A stretch of DNA of 23,152 nucleotides. Source: a virus. Location of the stretch: the UHGV virus genome UHGV-0116223. One strand, given 5' to 3'. Within the stretch, counting starts at the first letter, position 1. Each line of letters starts with the position of its first letter. Below the pieces are notes generated by a model that made no database searches, was not told where the DNA came from, and was given only the letters and a program-made list of their open reading frames with translations. The position numbers and the translations under genes are program-made. Below, in pieces: positions 1 to 8,900 of the stretch.

Positions 1-11
1 ACTAAACATAT

Positions 12-39
12 TATCTGCCCCGTTTTATCGGGGCAGATA
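12..39 (-). terminator. hairpin terminator downstream of the ygaQ-like gene (possibly bidirectional)
   Basis: Perfect 11-bp inverted repeat tatctgccccg (12-22) / cggggcagata (29-39) with 6-nt loop, 10 nt past the TAA stop (50-52, minus strand); A/T-rich flank. Confidence 0.45.
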
Positions 40-49
40 TAACATTAAA

Positions 50-2302
50 TTATAAATAGAGATAGTTCGGCGGTTCTCCTGTTTTCCCTAAAAGAAGAGC
101 GCTACGCCCAGGAATATTGATATTTAGAGTTCCGCCTCTAAGCGTAAATACTTTACCAGGGGGGATAATTTTTCGGGTATTATTAATAATAATGTTAACG
201 CTATTACTCCCCATGTTTTTGTATATTCCAGGTTGCAATTTGTTAGGCCAGGTACCTTCAACTTCTTCGTTTCCTTTATTTATTATAACTAGTCCATCAT
301 GAGGAGAGTGATTAATGTTCACAGAATCCCCACGACTAAAGGCCAGAACGTTTTTAGTTGCAGATATACCCTCAAATGCGCTCCATATTCCTGCTTTATC
401 TATATATAATGCGTGGAATTCATTGTAGAGCTGCTGATAGGTAGAGCAACCTTTATTAAGCTACGCCTCACCGCCGACACGCGTGGACCCATCATAATTT
501 TTAATTTCAGTCGTTGATTTTAATACTTGGCCATCCCAGTAAACTAAAGGCCTGCTGAACGGCAGAGCGGCTATATATGCCATTGCTAATTGTTCATCTT
601 GTTGATGGTTAAATAGAAAGTCATTGAAAAGATTACCATTGTTAGGAAAATCGTGGTTAATGTTAATCAATATCCGTCTTTCTGATGGGATACTTGAGAT
701 TGTGGAACCCGGTTTTGATGCAAGGGTTTGAAGATCTCCACCAAATGAAAAGGCTTTTATCGTTTTCATGAGCAATGAAAAATCAATGGCGCTTAAATCA
801 TCTCTTTCATAAAGCAGTGATGACATTTGTTGTTCATCCAACTGACAAGTTACCAGATATTCCATGTAATTCATAACGGCTTTTTTATGATATTTTGGGT
901 TAAATAAGTTAGTATTGTGTAACCGCTCATTATAATTTTTAAGCGGTGGGGTTATTGATCTTTCTATTTGTTCATGTTTTGAGTGTTTTGCCGCATCATA
1001 ACGTAAACCTCGTACGCCATATTTTCGCATTTCACGAACGTATTGATTTTGCAACATAATAACCTGGTCACTTTTGGGTGTTGTTTTAGGCATTCCATTT
1101 AAACGCTTTTCTTTTAATGCATGGAGGTTTTCCCATTCATCCTTAGAGATGTTATCTTTACTTGCTTCGAAGTCTTTTGCAGTGAGATGTATATCTTCTG
1201 GATGGATTTGTTTACGTTCTTTTGTTACTGGATCTTTAATGAATGGAATCAAAACCTGACCTTGCTAATAGCCAGGGATACCACCTTCTATATCTTTACT
1301 GATCTTCGCTCGTATATCAGCAGAGGGATAATCCAGGTCATTTTTACCACTACCCCCAATTCCCATAAAGTTAAAGGTATAATCAGGAATGATATCGATA
1401 CCAAATTTTTTAGCATCTTTAACCAATGCAATAAAATCCTGCAAATCTCCCATTGGATTATGGATGGTACAAAGATCTTCGGGTTGATAAGCATGAAACC
1501 AGTAACCCTTTTCTTCTTCGGGAGTTTCTGGTCCGTCGGCGCGGAAAGTTGTCACTGGAGGGATTTGTATATACCCATAATGACAACGTGCAAATTCAGA
1601 CATATTTTCTCTGATCTGCTGGTAGGTGGCATTAAAAGCATGAAGAATCGCTTCGCCAGGTTTTTTGGGGGTGATGATTTCACATTGTGATTTCTGAACA
1701 GCAGTAAGAGATTTACGCTCAAGTGTTTGCCGTAGATGTTCTAGATTGATTAATATTTTAAATGTTTCTTGCTGTCCGGAAGGTGACGTCACGTTAATAT
1801 TATATACATCGGCTGCCAGCTCATAGTCAGGAATGTTAATAGCATATGCAACATATTTATCTTTTGGGGAAGGTTTGTCAGATATAATGTGGGTGAAATG
1901 TTCAGCACGACCATACTGATAAACACCGCTGTTATCACCTCTTTCAATCATTGTATCTCGTTGATAAACCTATGTTTTTCTTTCTCCTATCCTGTCTGGC
2001 GCTGTAATGCTACGCTGTGCTGCTTTATTCAACTCTCGGTAAGTTGTATCTGGAGAAAGGGAAATTTTATAATCGTTTTTTAACAGATCATTAATAACTT
2101 TTTCTGCGTGAAAAGTTGATATAATTTCTCTGTCTTTTAATCCTTGAGGGTAAACTCCACAAGAATTAATAATATTTGTTATACAGTTTAGATATTCTAA
2201 TGTATTTAATTTGGAATTTAGATCCCCGTCAGTAATGTTCCATGATAACAATGTGGGGTTGTCGATAGGTAAATTTCTGGGTCCTGGTTTTATAGAAAAC
2301 AT
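50..2302 (-). pseudogene. ygaQ: glycoside hydrolase family 13 (alpha-amylase-like) gene interrupted by three in-frame TAG codons
   Basis: Four ORF fragments (1970-2302, 1265-1951, 461-1252, 50-322) all in one frame. Separating stops at 1970-1972, 1265-1267 and 461-463 each read cta on the plus strand (TAG). GH13 signatures in correct order: HAFN...GYIQIPP, DIIPDYTFNFMG, GVRGLRYDAAKH, then AFSRG/VIINKG domain-C-like tail. GAGGAA RBS only before the ATG at 2302. Gene symbol from recalled K-12 synteny with ileY. Confidence 0.8.
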
Positions 2303-2861
2303 AATAAAGTTCCTCTAATGGTAGAGTAATATGATGTATACGGAAACATAAAAATGTTTAATTGTTGTGAAAGTAATTGCAAACAGATGTCCTACTTTTA
2401 TCCAATATTTATATGGAAAAGGATAATGCTTAAATCTGTTTTATTAATTATCGATGTGGTCTGGAGAGGCAACTGTCAAAAATCGCTCATACGAAACTAA
2501 TGATTAGCAGAATAAGATCTATGAAAGAATATATTGCTATACGAAGTTTATTTTTATGGAGTGAAAAGTAACAGATATCATAATGATGCGAAAACTCTTC
2601 AGCTAATGTAATAAAGTTATATTATTAGATACAAAATCATTACAAAGTATCATTGAATCGATGATAACTATAGATAGTGCTAATTATTAACATTTGCTTG
2701 TTGACTGCGAGTATCGACTTTGCGAATGGAGGCGGTGTCGGGTTTTATGTCGCGTGTAATCACGACCCAAGGTGAATGGGAACGCATAAAAATCTGTTAT
2801 TTACATCATATGATCATCATGTTTATTGCGTGGTTTATAAGTATTGTTATTGCACACTCAA

Positions 2862-2937
2862 GGCCCTTTAGCTCAGTGGTTAGAGCAGGCGACTCATAAT
2901 CGCTTGGTCGCTGGTTCAAGTCCAGCAAGGGCCACCA
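2862..2937 (+). tRNA. ileY: tRNA-Ile2 (anticodon CAU, lysidine-modified minor isoleucine tRNA), CCA encoded
   Basis: 76-nt cloverleaf: acceptor GGCCCTT/AAGGGCC, D-arm GCTC-AGTGGTTA-GAGC, anticodon loop CTCATAA (CAT at 2895-2897), T-arm GCTGG-TTCAAGT-CCAGC, 3' ACCA. Matches the E. coli ileX/ileY tRNA as I recall it; the acceptor stem variant is the ileY type. Confidence 0.92.
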
Positions 2938-2939
2938 AA

Positions 2940-3173
2940 TCATTATTTACGTATCAGGAAGAGTTAAGGGTACAAGGGGTACTCGATGGCGGTCTATATT
3001 TCATGACTAACGCCATTTCAAGGAAGAAGTGCGGTGGGTGGTTTCGAATGAGGGCTGGTGTTTTGGTACGTGGCACGCCACTGCAATGTATTTATCCATC
3101 AGTACTCATTCAAAAGTACCTGGAAAAAATGCCTGCTATGCCAAGCGGGCAAATTGCTTACATGTGGAATTAA
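2940..3173 (+). pseudogene. degenerate remnant of a P4-family tyrosine integrase N-terminus, abutting the tRNA 3' end
   Basis: In-frame translation from the tRNA end reads SLFTYQEELRVQGVLDGGLYFMTNAISRKKCGGWFRMRAGVLVRGTPLQCIYPSVLIQ. It retains the spacing of P4-type integrase N-terminal hallmarks (L-T-x-T-Q, DGGGLYL, W-x-F-R-Y, G-x-YP-x-VSL). No start codon or catalytic domain remains. Confidence 0.4.
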
Positions 3174-3687
3174 GTAATTAACGATAAAGCCAGAGTATTA
3201 TCATTTATTATACCCCTTCATTTAATCAGGTTAATTACTCAAATCACTGAACTATTCTCTGTTCGCTCACTGATGATAAGTGAGTACCACAACCAATGTA
3301 TGTAGAACAATGCCGTAGAGTAAGGATGAAATGTCTCTGCCACGCCTTAAACATCTACTACTGACCAGAACACCCGCCGCAGGCAGATGAGTTTTGTGAG
3401 CGTTACAGGAGCGTGGCTATGCTCATTAACCAACGCTATTGAGATATAAATTTCTAACACTTGAAAAACGATTTTCACTAATAAATTATAACGGTTTTTT
3501 TTATCATACAGCGAAATAACCTTTTGTTTATTAAATTTAACATTCCTGTGCTAATTTAATTAAAAGTTCCATGCGTAGCAAGTGAAGCAGTTAATGTCAG
3601 TAATTGTCTCAAATGAGCGTTTTTTTATAGTGACAAACAGTAATAACATTAAAAATAGCCATGTAGACATTAATTGAGGAATAGACA

Positions 3688-4170
3688 ATGTTAGTTAGTA
3701 AAAGCAACGGATTTAACGCTAGCGCAGTTTTGGGTAGTGGAAGTTATAATGAAAATAAATCTTCTAAACACATGGAGCTACTAGCTCATAGTATTTTAAA
3801 ATTAATTTGTAAGGAAGCTGCATCAGAGACGTATCGCGGTGCTCTTGAAACTTTACAAAAAATGATGTCTGAATGTATATATCAAGAAGGCAACGCCTTT
3901 GTCATTATGGGAGCTGGAGAACAATTAAAACGTATTAAATATGAAGTTGGTGAAAATAACTTAAAGGTATTCAACGTACACTTTAATAATAATCACGAGT
4001 TAGTTAGTTCTGGTGAGCCTGACGTAATATGTTTAAGCAAGCAGGTCTGGGAAAATCTTCTCATTAAACTAAAGCTGGAAAACAATGAAAATGTGTTTTC
4101 TGAAACTAAAAAATTATCGAATAAAAATAATGCCGATCAGTTTTTTGAATGCGCTAAAAGAAATGAATAG
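3688..4170 (+). CDS. ypjC: hypothetical protein, low-GC island gene; N-terminal segment of a reading frame that continues through a TAG into 4270-5061
   Basis: ATG at 3688 preceded by GAGGAA RBS at 7-nt spacing; about 33% GC; ends at TAG 4168-4170. Gene symbol from recalled K-12 gene order. Confidence 0.6.
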   Translation: MLVSKSNGFNASAVLGSGSYNENKSSKHMELLAHSILKLICKEAASETYRGALETLQKMMSECIYQEGNAFVIMGAGEQLKRIKYEVGENNLKVFNVHFNNNHELVSSGEPDVICLSKQVWENLLIKLKLENNENVFSETKKLSNKNNADQFFECAKRNE

Positions 4171-4269
4171 AACCTTTTCGATAATATAAGAAAAAGTGAT
4201 TTTCATGTTGGTTTACTTAAGCCAAGTAGTACGCGTAGTGTTATTTTAGAAACGCCGCCAAATGTCTGT

Positions 4270-5061
4270 ATGGAATCACGTAATTCATATGAAAACAAAA
4301 TAGATGAGATTTCATCTTTGTCAGAGTCAAAGGAACACCCCATAGATATTCAAGAAAAAAAAGATGCGTTTGTGAATGAGTTCAAGGGGGTATTATTTGA
4401 TAAAAATACAAGGTCTTCAGAGCTTCTGTTTAATTTTTATGAGTGTTGCTATAAGTTTTTACCAAGAGCTCAGCCTCAAGATAAAATCGATAGCTATAAT
4501 TCAGCACTGCAAGCTTTTTCCATTTTTTGTTCATCTACGTTGACACATAATAATATAGGCTTTGATTTCAAATTATTTCCTGAAGTCAAGCTGTCTGGAG
4601 AACATCTTGAAACGGTATTCAAATACAAAAATGGCGATGATGTCCGGGAGATAGCCAAAATTAACATTACTCTCCAAAAAGAAGAGGGTGGTTTATATAA
4701 TTTACGTGGATTGGATTTTAAGGGGTGCTTCTTTTCTGGACAGAACTTCAGTAACTATGATATTCAATATGTGAACTGGGGAATGTCATTGTTTGATGTT
4801 GATACTCCGTGTATTTTTAATGCGCCTGCTTACAACAAGAGTAATGAAAAATCATTAAAACCTGTGAGCGAAAACGGTTTAAGTGGAGTATTGACTGATC
4901 GTAATAATAAAATAAAACTCATCACGGGCGTGGCACCATTCGATGATATTTTATTTATGGATGATGACTTTGATGATAGTTCCTCTGAGGATGATCCCGT
5001 TGAGAATAGTCCTGTTGTGACTAGTCCCGTTGTATCAAGTTCTAAAAGCAGTTTTCAATGA
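4270..5061 (+). CDS. ypjB: hypothetical protein (263 aa) with acidic Ser/Pro/Asp-rich C-terminal tail; same frame as 3688-4170 and lacks its own RBS
   Basis: ORF in the same phase as 3688 (offset 582 nt). The 99 nt between (4171-4269) are stop-free in frame. No Shine-Dalgarno before the ATG at 4270. Low GC. Confidence 0.6.
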   Translation: MESRNSYENKIDEISSLSESKEHPIDIQEKKDAFVNEFKGVLFDKNTRSSELLFNFYECCYKFLPRAQPQDKIDSYNSALQAFSIFCSSTLTHNNIGFDFKLFPEVKLSGEHLETVFKYKNGDDVREIAKINITLQKEEGGLYNLRGLDFKGCFFSGQNFSNYDIQYVNWGMSLFDVDTPCIFNAPAYNKSNEKSLKPVSENGLSGVLTDRNNKIKLITGVAPFDDILFMDDDFDDSSSEDDPVENSPVVTSPVVSSSKSSFQ

Positions 5062-5330
5062 TTAATAAATGGCAATTTTTACAAAGAGATAATAACGTAG
5101 ATTGAAACAATATGTATTATTGATTGAGTAAACGGGATTATTCTTCACACTACATCCATTTTAGTGTCACTACCAAAGAAAAAGGGGCTACGTTTTCATG
5201 TAACCCCTTGATTTATTTGGTGGGCTGGCAGTGACTGAATTGGTGCTGTAATTGGTTGAAATATTTCATCTAATGTCTGGTTCAACTTTCCTTAGCTGCC
5301 TGAAAGTTTTTTGATCTTACCCAGCAATAA

Positions 5331-5396
5331 CAGCGTTACGGTGCACCACGCCTGACTGAAGAACTGCGTGCTCAGGGTTACCACTTCAACGTAAAA
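5331..5396 (+). mobile_element. IS3-family transposase (OrfB/InsF-like) internal fragment
   Basis: Translates to [22 protein letters not shown], nearly identical to the recalled IS3 OrfB segment [22 protein letters not shown]; preceded by an in-frame stop and followed by unrelated sequence. Confidence 0.6.
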
Positions 5397-5397
5397 C

Positions 5398-5572
5398 CGT
5401 GGCAGGAGGTCCGGACTGAAAAAACTGGTCAGGACATCATCGGCAGGGAACGCACTGCTAGTCTGTAAACTGAACCGACTGGGGCGCAGTATGTGGCATC
5501 TTGTCGTGCTGTTGGAGGAGCTGTGCGAACGTGGTATTAACTTTCGTGCTCTGGCCCAATCTATATTTGCCC
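5398..5572 (+). pseudogene. pinH: serine DNA invertase (Pin/Hin/Gin family) fragment lacking the catalytic N-terminus
   Basis: Frame +1 translation [53 protein letters not shown] aligns with Pin [53 protein letters not shown]. Begins exactly where the IS3 fragment ends. Confidence 0.65.
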
Positions 5573-5972
5573 AACAATGGGGGGACGAATGCTGTAAAAG
5601 TAAAACAATCTGCGATCTCAAAGTTATTGTGTGATTTTTATGTGAGCAGAAGATATTCATCAGAAACGATTATGTAAATCATTTTATTTTGCCAACGGCC
5701 TCATTGTCGAAAGAAAAAAATACGCCCGTATTTCCTGAATGGATTGACTTTTTTATCCAACCACACTTCAGCGCACTGCGTTTAAAAAATGCCTCATTCT
5801 TATGCGGAATATCATCATTTCATCATGATGTCTTTGATGAGCGGTGAACACAATACACTTGCGCTGTCTCTTCAGGATGAATCCCCTGGTCTGGTGCCTG
5901 TGGGCTGATGTTGCAGCAAAGCTAAGGTCGCTTAAACGCTACTCAGTATTCACTTTTCAGAGGATGAAATTT

Positions 5973-8900
5973 ATGAACAGGACCAGTCCCTATTATTGTC
6001 GCCGCTCAGTACTTTCCTTATTGATATCTGCCTTGATATATGCCCCGCCCGGGATGGCTGCCTTCACTACTAATGTTATTGGTGTGGTAAACGATGAGAC
6101 TGTAGATGGCAACCAAAAAGTGGATGAACGAGGTACAACAAATAACACTCATATTATCAACCATGGCCAGCAGAATGTTCATGGCGGGGTATCTAATGGA
6201 AGTCTTATTGAATCTGGTGGATATCAAGATATAGGAAGTCATAACAATTTTGTGGGGCAGGCTAATAATACAACCATTAACGGTGGCAGACAGTCAATTC
6301 ATGACGGGGGTATTTCCACAGGTACGACAATCGAGAGTGGCAATCAGGACGTTTATAAAGGGGGTATCAGCAATGGAACGACAATTAAGGGCGGTGCTTC
6401 ACGCGTAGAGGGAGGGAGTGCGAATGGAATACTCATTGATGGTGGTAGCCAGATAGTAAAAGTTCAAGGGCATGCTGATGGTACAACGATAAATAAGTCT
6501 GGCTCTCAGGACGTAGTACAAGGAAGTCTGGCAACGAACACAACCATAAATGGTGGTCGACAGTATGTTGAACAGAGCACAGTAGAAACAACAACCATTA
6601 AAAATGGCGGTGAGCAAAGAGTATATGAGAGCCGTGCGCTGGACACGACGATTGAAGGCGGAACTCAGTCTCTGAATAGTAAGTCAACGGCAAAAAATAC
6701 GCATATCTATTCTGGTGGCACGCAAATTGTTGATAACACCAGCACCTCGGATGTTATTGAAGTTTATTCTGGTGGCGTGCTTGATGTTAGTGGTGGTACG
6801 GCAACAAATGTTACCCAGCACGATGGTGCAATTTTAAAAACTAACACTAACGGTACGACGGTGAGCGGTACGAATAGTGAAGGTGCATTCTCCATCCACA
6901 ATCACGTGGCAGACAATGTGTTGCTGGAAAACGGTGGTCATTTAGACATAAACGCATATGGTTCGGCAAACAAGACGATTATTAAAGATAAAGGAACAAT
7001 GTCAGTTTTAACCAATGCTAAAGCTGATGCGACCCGAATAGATAATGGCGGGGTTATGGATGTTGCAGGAAACGCGACAAATACCATAATTAATGGTGGC
7101 ACACAGAATATTAATAATTATGGCATAGCCACAGGCACCAATATCAACAGCGGAACGCAAAATATCAAAAGCGGCGGGAAAGCTGACACAACAATTATAT
7201 CCTCCGGGAGCCGGCAGGTTGTTGAGAAAGATGGTACGGCAATTGGCAGCAATATTAGCGCCGGAGGCTCGCTGATTGTCTATACCGGCGGTATTGCACA
7301 TGGGGTTAACCAGGAGACGGGCAGTGCTTTAGTTGCCAACACGGGTGCAGGGACTGATATCGAAGGATACAACAAGCTCTCTCACTTCACTATTACCGGA
7401 GGGGAGGCTAATTATGTTGTGCTGGAAAATACCGGCGAACTGACGGTAGTGGCTAAAACCTCGGCGAAAAATACTACCATTGATACTGGCGGTAAGCTGA
7501 TTGTCCAGAAGGAGGCTAAAACAGATAGCACCAGACTTAATAATGGCGGCGTTCTGGAGGTTCAGGACGGTGGTGAGGCTAAGCATGTTGAGCAACAATC
7601 CGGCGGCGCATTAATTGCTTCCACGACCTCCGGAACACTTATCGAAGGAACCAACAGTTATGGTGATGCTTTCTACATCAGGAATTCAGAAGCTAAAAAT
7701 GTAGTGCTGGAAAACGCTGGCTCATTAACAGTCGTCACTGGTTCCCGCGCAGTTGACACGATTATTAATGCCAACGGCAAAATGGATGTTTATGGAAAAG
7801 ATGTTGGCACTGTACTCAATAGTGCTGGCACCCAAACAATATATGCCAGTGCCACTTCTGATAAAGCAAATATCAAAGGTGGCAAGCAAACGGTATATGG
7901 TTTAGCCACTGAAGCAAATATCGAAAGTGGTGAACAAATTGTTGATGGTGGGTCAACAGAGAAAACACACATCAATGGTGGCACGCAAACCGTTCAGAAT
8001 TATGGTAAGGCAATCAATACCGATATCGTCTCTGGCCTACAACAAATTATGGCAAACGGGACAGCGGAAGGTTCCATTATTAATGGGGGTTCACAGGTAG
8101 TTAATGAGGGCGGTCTGGCTGAAAACTCGGTGCTTAATGACGGCGGCACACTCGATGTGCGGGAGAAAGGCAGCGCAACGGGGATACAGCAGAGTAGCCA
8201 GGGCGCTTTGGTTGCAACCACCAGGGCGACGCGGGTCACAGGAACACGCGCGGATGGCGTCGCGTTCAGCATCGAGCAGGGTGCGGCGAACAATATCCTG
8301 CTGGCAAATGGCGGCGTGTTAACCGTGGAGTCAGACACCTCTTCTGACAAAACACAGGTCAATATGGGCGGACGGGAGATCGTCAAAACAAAAGCCACTG
8401 CGACAGGCACGACGCTCACCGGCGGTGAACAAATTGTCGAGGGTGTGGCGAATGAGACAACAATTAACGACGGCGGAATACAAACAGTTTCAGCTAACGG
8501 AGAGGCAATAAAAACAAAGATCAATGAAGGCGGTACGCTGACAGTCAACGATAATGGCAAAGCGACAGATATCGTCCAGAACAGCGGTGCCGCTCTCCAG
8601 ACGAGCACGGCTAACGGTATTGAAATCAGCGGTACTCACCAGTACGGTACTTTTTCCATTTCCGGCAATTTAGCGACCAATATGTTGCTGGAAAATGGCG
8701 GTAATTTATTGGTATTAGCAGGTACCGAAGCTCGCGACTCCACGGTTGGCAAGGGTGGGGCAATGCAAAACCTGGGTCAGGACTCCGCCACAAAGGTTAA
8801 CTCTGGCGGGCAATATACCCTTGGGCGGTCAAAAGATGAGTTTCAGGCTCTGGCCCGGGCAGAAGATCTCCAGGTCGCTGGCGGTACGGCAATCGTCTAC

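Noticed and set aside
1121-1690. 189-aa plus-strand ORF
   Set aside because: Antisense to the GH13 pseudogene; no RBS and no domain signal. Treated as a shadow ORF.
50-2302. Programmed ribosomal frameshifting as the explanation for the fragmented GH13 gene
   Set aside because: All four fragments are in the same frame and separated by single stop codons, so no frameshift is needed. Nonsense interruption or read-through is the relevant hypothesis.
2844-3173. 109-aa plus-strand ORF spanning the tRNA
   Set aside because: Its first 31 codons are the tRNA-Ile2 gene itself and it starts with TTG. The downstream part is better explained as a decayed integrase remnant than as a gene.
5292-5660. 122-aa minus-strand ORF
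   Set aside because: Antisense to the IS3/pin remnants, whose plus-strand translations have clear homology. Shadow ORF.
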